DNA of 63,993 nt, filler included, from Dirinaria sp. TL-2023a (taxonomy: Eukaryota): assembly GCA_051941275.1 (NCBI GenBank). It is 5 parts of 5 records of this genome, joined end to end, with 100 filler letters (N's around TTAATTAATTAA, not from the genome) between each part and the next. Parts side by side here need not be neighbours in the genome. Positions count along the whole stretch, not along the records: positions 39,850 to 52,985 come from JAVEBF010000709.1; positions 53,086 to 63,993 come from JAVEBF010000896.1; 3 more parts are not named here. One strand, 5' to 3'. Below, piece by piece: positions 40,092-53,699 of this stretch. Every line of letters begins with the position of its first letter. Position 1 is the stretch's first letter. Both the position numbers and the translations under genes were made by a program. Below the pieces are notes generated by a model. It saw only the letters and a program-made list of their open reading frames with translations. It was not told where the DNA came from and did no database searches.

Positions 40092-42258
40092 CTAAAGGCC
40101 CGTCGGCTGCATTTCCTCCTCCGCCCTGTCCTCCTCCTCGCTTTTCAACTCGTCTGGATTGACTTCGTACGCACTTTCGTCCAGACCATTGGTAACATTT
40201 TCATCCTTCGCCTTATCCTTGCTTCTCTGTTCTGCATCTTTGTCATTCCCTTTACCGACCGGTTTGTCGCTTTCGCCATTGGTAGTAGGCTTGGGATCTT
40301 TCTTTTGTGGGCTAACATCCCTCTTTATTGGACTTGGGTCTCGCTTGGGAATCTTCGACTTCTGGTTTTTGTTCTTTTCTTTGCGCGTCTGTGACTCGGC
40401 TCTCTTGCTCTCGTCCTTAGCTTCCTGTTTCTTCTCGGCTTTTGCGTCAGCTTCGTTCGCCGTGTGCTTTGCATTCTCCGCATTTCTGTCGGTCTCGCTC
40501 TTGGCACGCTCGCTTTGGTTTTTACCGCGCAGCGCTTCCATATCTTTCTTCAGCTCCTCCTTTGCCCTCTCGGCGATATCGCTTACATAATTCCGCGCTT
40601 TCTCTGTCGCGTGCTCAACCTTCAATTTAGCTTCGTCTGCAAGATCACCGGTTCTAGCTTCTGACTTCCGGGTCACCTCGTTAAGCTTCACCTTCGCATC
40701 CTCTAGCTTTTCTTTCGCGTTATCGACCTTAGCTTTGACTTCTTTGGGGACTTCAGTCCCCTCGTCAGCATGCTGCTGCTCCTCCATCGCTTCCTTGATT
40801 TCGGTCTCCAGGTCTCTGATCGCGTTGTTCGCACTCTGTTTTGCCACCTCGCGCCTTATCTCCGGCGGAACGCGCTGCTTAGTTCCCAGGACGTATTTTT
40901 GAGTGAAGAACCGGAGAAAGAGTACGGTGAGTGGAACCAGATACAATGCGTTAAGCAGAATCGCAAAGGTTTGACCTGGAGTGTCAAGACAGCTCGTTAT
41001 TTGGTACTCCGATTTGTATATGATCTCTTCAGTAGCGCGCTCAACCGCCGCTGCATGCACAGCATCAATGCCGAAGGTGTTGCCCTGAGCGTTTCGCACA
41101 TTTTCCGCTAGCCCTTCTTCACCAGCAGCGCGCAAAGCGGCCTTCTTGAGCCAGCTGCCTAGTCCGGCAGTAGCGGTGGCAGTTGTTACAGCTGAGGAGA
41201 TAGAGGACGCAGCAGTAGGCAAAGCCGAGGAAATACTGTGCATGAAGACGTAGGGGACCGAGACAGGCCTGCTATATGCGATGAAAAGATGCCCTATGGC
41301 GTAAGTTGCACCAACAACAAATTGCGTAATCTGTAACGTGGTGAGAGTACGTTTAAGGGTTGTAGGGACATGTACTGAGAGCGTCGACGCGGCGTAGTAA
41401 ATGTACTGTTCATGGACTGTGTTAGTGATGCTCGTGGACCCAGCTAAGCTTTTAAGGATAATTATCATGACTTGCCATCAACCCGTGGAGTCCAGAGTTT
41501 ACGATCACAAACACCCATATTGGTGGACTCATATACCGTATTCCGGCCCACATACACATCATCGCCCCGGCATGGTGAAACGTCTGCAAATACGAGCTGT
41601 TCTTTCCTTTGGCCAGAATGATCAACGTATCCACCACCTCATAGAATTTGGAGATGTAGAAAAGCCAGCCGTAGAAGCCCAGGCCCTCATTCCACAGCCT
41701 TCCGACATCAGTCGGGTCAGGCGAACCCTGCAGCAGCTTCATCGTATGATCACCTATCGACCAGCTTCCGGTAGTAGTGTTGTATGCAGCTGCACTGCCC
41801 ATACCCCGCGGCCCATGTATCTTGCACAGCGCGTCCGCCGCCTCTGCCCATTTGTGCTCGCCCTGGAAGCCTGGCCAAGAATGCCTTATGGCTCTTACCA
41901 TGCCAGCGAATGTCCATAGCGAGAAAGCAGCTAAGGCTAGATTGTGTAGAAAGACGAAGGCGAAGAAGATCGCGTTTTGGCTAATTGCCCACGGTTTATT
42001 GTTACGCTTGCGGTTGAGGCGGTTGAGGACTGTGGCAGTGGCAGAGTAGATAATGGCAATGGAGATAGGCCAAGCGACGTGCAGGAGATTGTTGTAGAGC
42101 GTAGGGTCGATACTGAAGGGCTGATGTAAGGTCGGCTCGTCCGTTTGAGGAGCTGGAAGGGCGGTAGGAGCTGATGGCGGAGGAAAGAAAGCAAAGGATG
42201 AGAAAGGGGGTAAGGTGACATGAACGGTAGGCGCCGTCGGCGTGTGAGAGGGGATCAT
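40092..42258 (-). CDS. ELO/GNS1-SUR4 family fatty acid elongase-like protein with long charged C-terminal tail; GC-AG intron
   Basis: FYISKFYEVVDT, LQTFHHAG, NSGLHGLM|YIYYA (splice 41475-41406), LTTLQITQFVVG. An upstream ATG at 42312 is an alternative start. Confidence 0.88.
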
Positions 42259-43148
42259 TTTGGCTGCTGCTCGGAAAAGGTTAGCTGAAGTCGCGATAAT
42301 ATACGACGCCATTTTGAGCAGCGGTGTGAGCCTTGAAGCGTCTCTACGGTTCCGAGACCAGACAAGCGCAAGATGTTGAATTGAAGAGGATTAGGTGAGC
42401 ATTCCAGGACGCGTGCCAGAGGTTCAATTTGTACAATGGGATAGAAAGCGGACAGAATGCTATTTTCTCACTTCACTTACCTGAAGCTTTATGCTCGCCG
42501 CGTGAAGTGGAATTCAAGGACGGTCTACAATATGTGAACCAAGCGAAACCGAGATCTCACTTTGTCGCGGGCACGTAAATCTTGATGTTTGCGGACCAGG
42601 GTACGAGGTACGTCATGCCGAAGCTAAACTGCATCGGTAAACAACCACAAGCCCAATTGCGGTGGGAGCAAGAATTGCCGAAGCAAAGTTTGGTCTCTCC
42701 GACCTTTTTTGCTACCTCATAACCTCAACCGCGCTAACAGCATTGAGACTATGTTTTTAGGTTCACATCCTACCCGAAGCCGTTTACTGTGCAGTCCGAC
42801 GCACCTCAGGGAGTTCCGTTCGAAGCCCAAATAAGGTTAGCTCCTTCGCTAGCACTATCCAGATGTACCTTTGGTTATTCCTCTTTACTACTACCTACCT
42901 TAAGTCGTTGATTCACGATTTCTCTCCGATGCAAATGCGAAAAAGAGTGGATCAGCTCAGCGATTCTCTCATGCGTGTCGGTCCTTTTCTAATTTCCGCT
43001 GCTTTCGAAATATCCCTTGCCGACCATGCTTTGAAGCACCCCACTCATACGCTTAAGATTCAGAATACAAGGGAGGCGATTTCATTGATTCTGCAAATAG
43101 TATACTAAATACCAGCGGTCTGCAAAATTGGTATAATGATATAGCCAT

Positions 43149-45397
43149 TCATGTTTTTCTCCAATGTGTGATGGCCCATCCGAAAAGACGGTAAACCGCA
43201 ATGATCCCCAGCATAATACCGACCCATTTCCCAGTCTCCCCAGTGGCTTTATATCCATATTCGGCCAAAACCCCCTTACCGTCAATCTTGCATTGAGGAG
43301 CTAGTGCGGTGTCATACATGCAGTGGCATCCCTCGCCACAATTATATGTACGATGCGCGAACTCGTTCACCATCATGCCCTGAAATACATACGATTGCTG
43401 GCCCACGATTAGCGCGATTTTCTCCAAGCACAAAGATCCATAACGATACTTACGTAGTCGATGTAATGGAAAACGTACTTCCAGAACGGGTTCAGTATGG
43501 TTGGCGAGACCAGGAAACCTCCGACACTCATCCATAGGCCATTTGCAAAAGCCGTGAGTGCGAGCGAGACGACGAAATTGGGAAAGATAGAGGACATCAG
43601 TATGACGAGAGACTCGCCAGCCAAGAGATCGAGAAAGAGCCACATAACCCACGTGAAAAAACCAGAGGCCCCAGATCGTAGGTTGATTAGAAAGTAGGTT
43701 ATGATTGAGAAAATCAAGGATATCATGACTGTAATATAATATATATCAGTATGCCCTGCCCTAAATTGGATAGTGAGAGGTCGTCAACCACTGACAGAGA
43801 TATGGTATGCCGATCAAAAAATTAGAGATCATAAAAGCACTGGCCCCATAGAGCCCATTAGCGCGCTCTTTGATGAAGGTGGCGCGGTCTTCAAGAAAGG
43901 CTGGAACATAAGCAACTGCCATAAATGACATGAACGCTGATCCGAAGAACTTGAGAGCAGTAAGCGCAACCCATATGCTGTCATCGGCGGCACTTACAAT
44001 GGCGTTGATGAATGGTTGAATGTGTGATTGGATAGGTGACAAACGCAGCCAGACCGTACCCATCATGATCGCAAGGCCGATATACATTGCGAAGCGAATG
44101 CCATATGCTACCACATCGCGATAGCTTTTGATGAAATTCCTGTGCAAGAGGGCCATTATGACCCTTGGCATGCTGCTATGTCTTCTCTGAAACGACAAAT
44201 TCGCCTTGCTTCCCGAATCTGTTTTCGGCTCCGCAGCGCTAGGCGGCGACACTTTCGAAAAAGATTCCCATGCGGAGTGAATTTTATCCAACCGCGGTTG
44301 CGATCCCTCATCGTCCAGGGAGAAGTCGGAGCTGGTCAAATCGAGGAGAAATTCAGCCGGATTGACATACAAGGGAATTGGTGTGTCAATCGAATCAAAA
44401 TACGTCCTCAGAGAACTTTTATGCCCATTGTAGCAAGTTTTGCCTTGCGATAGTAGTAATAGCTTATCGAAAAGGTCAAAGGTTGAGGAAGAAGGTTGGT
44501 GGATGCTAGCAATCACGATGAGCTATATTGCGTTAGATAAGAACATAAAAGCCTTTGATATCTTACTTTATGGCTGTGAACAGCCGCCTTCAGATACTTG
44601 ATTACTTCGTAGCTGGCAGTCGAGTCCAGGCCACTAGTGGGCTCATCAAGGAAAAGGACTTTGGGTGCGGTAATCAGCGCGCTTGCAATGCTCAATCGGC
44701 GCTTCTGTCCACCACTGATTCCTTTACGAATAGGTGTTCCAACGATGGTATCACTTTGGTTCTGAAGACCAAATGCAGCAATCAGGCCATCAACCCGCCG
44801 CCTACGCTCTCGCCTTGTGACAGAGCTGCGCTAGCTTTAGCATCGTACAGAGAGAATTGGGGCGTGAATTTGCAAGAGCACACACCTAGGTAGGGACAAA
44901 CGAGCCGCAAAATCCATCGTCTCTCGTACTGTCAATGATCCAATGAGAGCGTCTTCTTGCTCAACATAAGAGCTGAGCGCTTGGATAATCGATGTTGAGG
45001 TTTCAACCCCATCCAAAGCCATCTGACCGTTTATCTCCATGCGCTGAGCGCGACGGTGGGCGAGTACATTAAGCAGACTTGTCTTCCCACCACCACTATA
45101 AGCCAGAATTAATAAATACCGAAGCGAGGTTTGGGGCGTAAGTCATACCTCGGACCCAGAATGGCCATGATTTCGCCTTGTATGATTCAGCTCGCGTCAA
45201 CCAATTGTGGCGTTGGGCAAAATACCTGCGTTTACATGTCCGTCGACTCCATGAAGAATAATCTTCGCTTTAGTGCTCGTGCGAGCCCTCATATTGACGT
45301 TATTCCAAGTCATGGCACGCACACTATGGTTAAAAAGGTCGCCCTCGCTTGAAATCTGACCCTCGACATCCATGTCTACATCTGAACCAGCCTCCAT
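43149..45397 (-). CDS. ABCG (white-type) half-size ABC transporter, multi-exon
   Basis: [15 protein letters not shown] Walker [30 protein letters not shown] signature, [27 protein letters not shown]-terminal TM domain. Confidence 0.92.
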
Positions 45398-48300
45398 TAT
45401 TGCATATGGCAGGACACAAAAATGCTAGAAGTATCGACTTGAGGCTTGCTCCCTTGCATCAGGGGCTCTAGCATTCCATCAACGCTCTGTCATCTGATAA
45501 AAGCCAGCAGTAAATATCTCCGACGTCAGTAACATGGTTTTGTTATGTTGAATGATGGGGTCCAATGCGTCAATCGACTGGAAGTTTGACGGACAGCGGG
45601 ATGCTAGTCTCAAAAGCTATCGAGGTCATTTCGGCTATTCGGTTAACTAAGAGTGCCCGTGGATACCCGCGAAATGATGGAAGGGGTCAACGCATCAATA
45701 CTATTGCAGAACAATGGCGACCATCGAGGGAAGATGTTCATCAAATTAGGACTGCTACCGAGGTAACACTGTTATCTTGGTAAGATAAGGTGGATATATC
45801 TAGTAATTACCGAGAAGGTGCGGAGTGGACCGGAAATGCCCGAGCTGCAAGGCTCCCTTTTGGGTCAACTAGTGCCGAGCAGAGCGACTGCTGCACGAAC
45901 AACAATTCGAATGCCTTTCTTTCTACGGCTTGGACTGAGTGCTTTATGTCTTTAGATTTGAAGCCTTGATCGTCTTTCCCAAATCATTCTAAAAACGCCT
46001 AGGTTCTTCGCAATCAATCGTGTTGTCCGCATGCAAATAGAGAGCTCGTATGCTGGAAATCGGAACAGAACCTCCAGCGAGTCCAAGCAGCCAATGATGA
46101 GCGTCTTGAATAGATTTGAAGTACGAGCGTCACCACCGTATGAAAATCCTTTTAGAACAATTGTGCCGGCCTGAAAGGACTAATAGTTCTAGCCCGTGGA
46201 TTGTCGGATCGAAAGGGCGGCCTATGCCGCCGCTGACTCGTGTGATGACTTGCTGATAGGAGTTGACAATGGTACTAGCGCTTTTATATACCTTACGCGT
46301 TGCAGACATGAAGCTAAGCCATGTCGCGGCTTTTGCTAAATCTAGGACGCGAAGTGCAATGCAACTGTAATTTCTCAACTGCGAGAAAATATGGAAAAGG
46401 CCTTGAAAACAATAAGCTAGCTGAATTCAGCTTCACGATACAAGCGATGATTGGATGAAGAGCACGGCTACTCATGAGAAACCGAACATGTAGACGCAAA
46501 CAATCGATGGGTCGCTGGATTTGGCTGCAGACCAGAGCGTTGGCAAAGGAAAAGGAATTTCAAAGAAATTCTGTGAGCAGCACGTTCAAGACGATCCATC
46601 AAGGACTTTACTGCAGCGCGAAAGACAGTTAGCCAAAGACTGATCAGCTTCTTCAATTTGTGACATAAGACAGTAATCAGGCTATTTCATAGGGAACGAA
46701 GTGCTTCGAAAACAACAATGGGAGAGATCTGACATTGCGACAGAGCATGTATAGCATTCAACGCTAGCAGCGTGGTGAATGTACGACTTTGCGCACCATA
46801 ACGTCTACCAAACTCCTCATTAGTACTATGAATCCTACGTGTATTATTAGCTCTCCTAAGTCTTTCTGAAGCGGCAACATAGCCCGATCTTGAACCCAAA
46901 CGAGAAGCTGCGAATTTGCGTTCCTGCGTTTTACGAGCATACTCATGGTTTTTGGTTACACTGAAACCACTGGAAGTCTTTACAATTCAAAAACAGGACG
47001 GAATAATTAAAAGTCGATGGAGCTTTAGGCTTTGTCAACAATCAACATACAAGAATTTTGTAAAAGCAGCTGTGCACAGGTCGGAGTGAATTCCAAGGTT
47101 GCTTTGGAAATTGAATTCAATGTAGATGAATTCGGGTGAAATTGAGCTTCAACGTTCTTTACCAAAACCTAAGTACACTAGCTGATTAGCGATAGCATCT
47201 TGTGACAGGGTGCAAGATGTAGAATACGGGAAACGAAGGTCCCATGCTTAGTGCTTGAATTGAAAAGCTCCGACTGTTTCAAGGAAAAGCTTTCGATATT
47301 GTAGCTTGATTAAGCCTTTTCAGGCACAGTCATTTTGGAGTTCTCCTGTAAAGCAGACGCAATACTCCATGTACTCATGGTACTTTCATTGTTGGCGCGC
47401 CGCGCCCGCATTCTATGAGCGCGAATAATTTTCTTCGTTTATTACGTGGCCACGATGAATCCTAACGAGTTGGACCAGACCTCAAAACCGCAGCACACAA
47501 TATAGGTGTCGACAACAGAGGTGGCGCGGGCTTCTGCTGCCAAATCAACACCACACTCCCAAGCCGAGCTCATTACTATTTCAGAAATTCGGGAGCGCAA
47601 AGAGGACTTTCAGGAGCAAAATTCATGCTCAATGTAGCAGCTACCACAGACTTTTCTGGGGAACGGAGAAATCCCCAGCCTGACTTTGTAAGAATATACC
47701 CTGGCACTCGAGGTCGATAACACGGCGCGGAAGGGCCGTGCACTATCATAAATTAGATCAAGGGTGACAATGTTAGCGCCCGTCAAGCACTCCCAAACAT
47801 TGGAGAGGCCAAAACGCAAGGCATCCCGAATCAGCGTTTAATTACGATAGTAAACCTAGCAACCTTTGGATTTGGGTAACTCCTACTGTACGTTAGGTGT
47901 ACCAAGTAGCAGAGTTCGCCCACTGCTTGGACCGTCACCATACCATCCATGGCTGGGAGATCATCAGTATGTAGTCTATCCTGGGATTATTGCTGACAAT
48001 GGTACGATATGAAGCGGAGGTCTGAGCGATGAAAGCTCAGAACATGTGTTCAAATTACTTCGGAGAATTTTGGTCGAGTATCACGCGAAGTCCGAAGAGC
48101 CCAAGAAGTGTCACCAACACATTGAGCGAGGAAGAATAATTTGAAAGCATCTTGACCAAATGTTGTAAAGGTCTTTCATTACTATCGAAAGCAGAGAGAG
48201 GACCCTTCCGACAAGCACCACATCAATCCACAGAGAGTGATGTGTCATCAGATCGAATACACGGAGAAGACGCTGGAGGAACGCAATTCTTTTCAGATGG

Positions 48301-49174
48301 AATTTTCTTCTTCCGCAGGGTTTGTGCGCTTATTTCGCGAATCAGCTGGCGATTACTATTCTCAACCACAGCCTTATTATTATTGTTGACAACTCTTGAC
48401 AGAAGTCTGCTGGTGTGTCTTACTCATGGGCGGATGTTGCTCTAGAGTCCTGAGGGAAGGAAGTTGGGTTTGGAGACTAAAATTAAGCCGGTTCCAATCG
48501 TTTGCGTCTCATTGCGCCGGTTAACTGCAGATCACACCGCGTAGCGACGTGTTTCACTTTCATCCCCTTCTGCTAATGATGACTATTCGCTTCCCACACT
48601 CGAGCTTACTATCTTGCTCTATCCCACTTCCACCTGCAAACTCCCTTTCCCCCCATACTGATAGCTTCCGCCACTCGTGCCCGGCAACGCGTGTGACTCT
48701 GCCAAGTGTGGCGAGTTTCGCTATCCCCTGATCCGAATGAAGCTTTCTGGTAGGTGCTCTTAGTTCTTCCAAAGTTTTCGTTGCTGTTGTTGCCCGGCGC
48801 CATAGAGGCTCAGGTAACAACATTTTCCTCCAATATCATGTCGCTGCGCCTTGCGCAACCAAGCAGAGAGCCTCCTCACATATGGAAAAATCATTGTCAC
48901 GCGTTTCACAATAGTTCCTATCCTGACTGGCTATTCCACTTGGTATGGTCTCACTTCGATCTTATTTCCCTTTCAACCACTTCTCCGCGCTTCTCCGCTA
49001 CTGCTCCTATCGTCAAATCGGCTATCTTCTTTCCTCCGTATAGACATACAAAAGATGTATACAGCAGGCATTGCTCCTCCAAGAGTTTCATAAATGTGAC
49101 AACCACTTCGCTGTGCCGTGTCTATCTGCGCTGTGCCCCAATATCGACTTTTGTCGTATGTGAGACGAACTACT

Positions 49175-50326
49175 ATGGCAGTCCAAAACCCCAATGTTCC
49201 ACGGTTCGAACCGGTCAATCTCTCCTCTAAAACACCAATACCCACATCTATACTCACGGACTCGAGGAGCCTGGAGACTACTTCGGATTCTCATCTACTC
49301 AAGCCAACGCCCACTACTCACTCGTCGATTACACACAGACCGTCTTACACATCCACAACCCCAAAAGCGACGCATTCTGGTGCAGCAGAAACACACCAAG
49401 CCCATGGCATACCTGCCAATACTCTCATCGTTGCAATTGTCATTCCATTGGTGTTGATAGCAATCTTGATCCCTCTCATCATTCTTCTCTGCTATACCAG
49501 CCGGCGGAGGCGTCAAAAGCGAAATCGATGTAGCCACCACAGCGAGCCGAAGCCGAGGATGAGGTCTCCTACCCGCCAGAAGGAATTGCTAGCCCACCGG
49601 CCAAGGGGCAAGTATGGTCCCAGTCTTCTGATGCGGCGACCAGACTCGTTCAGTGGTTTCGATTTCAACTTCTCAAGGCCGAGGACAGTGCTTTCTGCGA
49701 TATCAGTCCGCAGTCCCAAAGCCACAACGCCTATGAACGCTACGAGGTCCAATACCCAAGCATCCGCATTTCACCGTCCTTCCGTATCACGCCGCCCAGC
49801 GCTCAGTCTGCTGTCGAAATATGCAAGTCAAGAACCGGGGGCCAACGGGAAACATGTGCCATCGCCAAGCTCTCCGCCACCACCGTACATTCCAGTGCGT
49901 CCAATGACTTTGGCACATCCCTACATCCCTCCACCTATCGAAACACCCCAGCTCCCGGATACTCCTCGATCACTGTCGCCGCAGTTACAGGTCGCGACGC
50001 CCATGGAGATTCAGAGGCTTTCTGGTCCCTACGCTCCTATATCGCAGGTGCTGCGGCCTCCGCAGGAGGCTCATAGCAGAGCCCATAATCAATCTCCTCC
50101 CTTCAGACATTCACGCTCGCCGCTTGCGGATCACTCCAGCTCGATCGCGCAAACGAGCGCCAATCTTCAATCCCCGTTTGTACCGAGCACTAGCCCTGCT
50201 CCAACTGACATTTCTGGATTTTCCTTCGACCCATCGTTATGGATCGCGGCTTATGAAAGGGACTCCGTTGTTACGCCACTCGATCGTGATGACGAGACTC
50301 AGATAAACCCTCATCAGCTGGTCTAG
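49175..50326 (+). CDS. Single-pass membrane protein, Ser/Thr/Pro-rich, unknown function
   Basis: Long intronless ORF. TM helix LIVAIVIPLVLIAILIPLIILLC followed by a RRRRQKR stop-transfer. Pro-rich cytoplasmic tail with PPPY. Confidence 0.65.
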   Translation: MAVQNPNVPRFEPVNLSSKTPIPTSILTDSRSLETTSDSHLLKPTPTTHSSITHRPSYTSTTPKATHSGAAETHQAHGIPANTLIVAIVIPLVLIAILIPLIILLCYTSRRRRQKRNRCSHHSEPKPRMRSPTRQKELLAHRPRGKYGPSLLMRRPDSFSGFDFNFSRPRTVLSAISVRSPKATTPMNATRSNTQASAFHRPSVSRRPALSLLSKYASQEPGANGKHVPSPSSPPPPYIPVRPMTLAHPYIPPPIETPQLPDTPRSLSPQLQVATPMEIQRLSGPYAPISQVLRPPQEAHSRAHNQSPPFRHSRSPLADHSSSIAQTSANLQSPFVPSTSPAPTDISGFSFDPSLWIAAYERDSVVTPLDRDDETQINPHQLV

Positions 50327-51326
50327 TGGTAATACACTATCGATCAGCACGATGAAGCTCATGGCTTAATGTTTTTTCGTTGAGAAGATACCAACGCATT
50401 GGTGCGGCGTCTTATCTTACAGGGCACAATACACTTTGCCGCAGGCCGCAGATGTATTGCCATTTATGTATATAGGCACCATATAGATATGAGGGTGAGA
50501 ACACTCGTACCCACATCTTGTTCCATTAACGTTGCCGGTTTGAAGTATTTTCCTCTTACATGGTGACAATTTCACAGCATGCATACAGCAATGCTCATTG
50601 TGAACCTTACGATCTCCCGATCTCACTATACTCTTCTTGGAGAATAGCCAGTCTTGCCTGCATGCCATGTCTCACCAAGTCTATCAATCTTTCCCATTCA
50701 GATGGGTTGGTAATTACCTTAGTTTGCATGAGAACCGTAGCGTACCACTATATAAGCTTTCGCTTGTACCCTTGCAAGCGCAGGGCTATCGGATCGAAAC
50801 CCTACAGATAGTATTTACCGCGGAGAGCTTTTGGCCCTTGCTGAGATCCTTAGGTAACAATCGTGATCCATACTCCTCAGTCCTCATAGCCCGAGCTCAA
50901 TTGATATTCTGAAAAGCTTGTTAGGATTTGGGTGATAACTTGTTACTTTCCCGTCTTTGTTAATGGTTATGATCGTTGACGCACGATTCAACAAGTAATT
51001 TCTTGGGAGCGGCCGATCTCATTGCTGCTCAGATACGCCGCCCTTAAAAGTTTAAACGCTGATCTGAGTTTTGGCACATGACGGTAAAGTACTAAGGTAC
51101 TGTATGTGCTTGAAGATTGCCTAGATGGAACTAAACTAAAGTAGCTTCTAAAGATAATGTAGGTAGCAGCGGAATAGTCCCGCCCCGGCCTCGGCGAGTC
51201 GTCGGTCCTCGGTTCATCTGGTCTTTGGAAAGTGACTGCGCTCCGGAGTACCTCCGTACTGTATACACTGCTGACAGCGTGGCCATATGACGAGCGCATA
51301 TCACCGCGATAGCCACAAAACAGGCG

Positions 51327-52645
51327 ATGGACAAAGTCAAAGGCGTTGCGAAAGGGGGATGGCACCCAAAAGGCAAGGATGGGGGTAAGGAGAGCTGGCG
51401 GGGTGATTTCAAAGGCATCAACCAAGTCGTATGTCCCGATGCGCGATTCTCCAAGATTCATCTCGATCTAAATCAAGCCCCAGTCTGACAGAATTGGCGA
51501 AGGCAGGTTGGGTTGGCAAGGGTAAAAACCCCCATACTAGTTCGGCTGGAGGTCAAGAGCACCAATCCCGCCCCTTGTCGTCATTGAAAGACCCCGATGC
51601 ATTTGGCCCACCGCCGAAGAACGTCAACTACTACGGTGGGGCTGCAGTACCGAACGCCATCACACCCGACAGAAGGGGACTCGGTGCGCCTTTGAGCACT
51701 GAAGAAGTCCGTGCGAGCCACGAGGCCGAAGAAAGCGAGAAGCGAGCTGCAGAGGAAGCGGCGCAAAAGCCCAAGCCGCCTCCAGTGCCGTATAGGGCGG
51801 ATACCACGGGTCTGACGACAAGTGATCTACCCAGACCACCGGTAAAGCGCATCGACGTCGAAGACGAGGCAAGCTCTGTTGTGTCGGCGAGCCCCACGGT
51901 AAAGCCAAAGCCTACCCTTCCTCCACGCCTCCCACCACGACAAGCTACATCGACGCTAGAGCCTTCGTCGCCGCCCTCCACATACAGTAGCGCAACACAG
52001 CAACAAGCGACAGGCGGAGGGCATCTGAACCAAGGTGCTTTGGGTAGGCTCGGGTCTGCAGGTGTGTCTGTGCCAGGCTTGAATATCGGTGCTGGGTCCA
52101 ACGAAGGTTCCACTACGAGACAAGCTCAGGCATGGCAACCTGCACCAGCTAGAGCATCCACCCCGGTGGGTAGCCAAAAACCCACACTGAACGAACTCCA
52201 TTCGCGTTTTTCCGGCTTGTCGACCAAGTCACCTTCATCTGAGTCGCCTACTCAGGGAACTACCCTTGCACAGAAGCAAGCTGCTTTGAGAACAGCGAGT
52301 AACTTCCGCAATGATCCATCTTCGGTGTCATTATCTGACGCAAAAGCCACGGCTGCGACTGCCAACAATTTTCGTGAACGGCATGGGGATCAGGTAGCAG
52401 CAGGTTGGAAAAGTGCAAATGCATTGAACAAGAAGTATGACGTCGCTGGCAAGGTAGGCGGATTGACTGGAAATGGGCCTGCAAATGAGCAAGATGCGAC
52501 ATCACCTCCTGAATCGGCGACGCCTGCCTCACCGGCCATCATATCTGAGAAGAAGAAGCCTCCGCCTCCTCCACCAAAGCGAGTTGGCACTGGATCCGGG
52601 GCTTCCCCACCACCCATACCTTTGTCTAGCAAGCCAAAGCCATGA
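51327..52645 (+). CDS. Proline-rich AIM3-like actin-associated protein, 2 exons
   Basis: MDKVKGVAKGGWHPKGKDGGKESWRGDFKGINQV-(intron)-AGWVGKGK, PLSSLKDPDAFGPPPK, GTTLAQKQAAL, PPPIPLSSKP. Confidence 0.7.
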
Positions 52646-52985
52646 TATGAGCGCTCAATTGTCACACCTGAAGTGTGTTCCGTGACGAAAAGTTTCCGTT
52701 GGAAGGGAGAAAAATCTTGTAGAAAGCTCCACATCAAAAATTCCCACTATTACCTCTCTTATTCAAAACCCCCTTTTCCCAACCCCATTTCTGATAGACC
52801 ATAGAGACATAATTTCACGACGGAAAAGCGGGCCTATCAACGAGTCGACGTTAGCTATGTTTACCACGAGAAATTGAGAGTGCAGTAAAGAGTATCAACA
52901 CAGCAGATGGGCAATTCAACCTAGATTCATTCTTGTTCCGAGAAACATCTCCCAAACAACTCCTTCACCACCCTCTACCTACAGT

Positions 52986-53085
52986 NNNNNNNNNNNNNNN
53001 NNNNNNNNNNNNNNNNNNNNNNNNNNNNNTTAATTAATTAANNNNNNNNNNNNNNNNNNNNNNNNNNNNNNNNNNNNNNNNNNNN
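52986..53085. other. Artificial contig spacer
   Basis: 100-bp N-run with central TTAATTAATTAA. Confidence 0.97.
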
Positions 53086-53699
53086 CTTAGCGCGGTTCAC
53101 TAGAGGCTTGGCACTCACACATCGGGTACTTAGCACCTTTCCTTCTCACCTGCTTCATACTTTCTTCCAGTAGTCTCTACACAATACATACTATGCACCC
53201 TACCTTGCTACTTGCACCTTATCCTGGATTGCACCCTCATAATCTTAACATTTAGGTATACAATACGATCAGAGTCGATCGATTATTTCAGTCATATTCT
53301 TTGAATGCTTGCTCAATGCTATGAAGCCATCATTATCCTTGTCGCTACTTTGACGTTCATATTCGGAGAAACTCGCTACCCCAATCGATACCTTCAATGG
53401 AAAAATCCGACTTCCCGATTGGTATGAAACAGCCTCGCGCGTTTTATACGGTAAGTACACTACAATTGCAAACTGTATTGTAACAATCTCTGGAGCTGGT
53501 ATCGTCTAAAGCTAACTGTCCTAGGTCTAGTGTTGAATTGAATCTTATAGCCTGCATTACCTTGCGCCCAGATGCCCTTTCCCTTATTAAATCATACACT
53601 TTCCTGCACGCACATTTGCGATACTTATTGAGAAGTGTACTGTGCGTCTGAGTGCAAAAGCTACTCGAGGTCATTTGTGATTACCAGATATTGTTTGAT

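Noticed and set aside
45400..49100. 3.7-kb gene-free stretch with many short ORFs
   Set aside because: No recognisable domains, repeats or splice-consistent model. Treated as long divergent regulatory DNA, though a divergent gene cannot be excluded.
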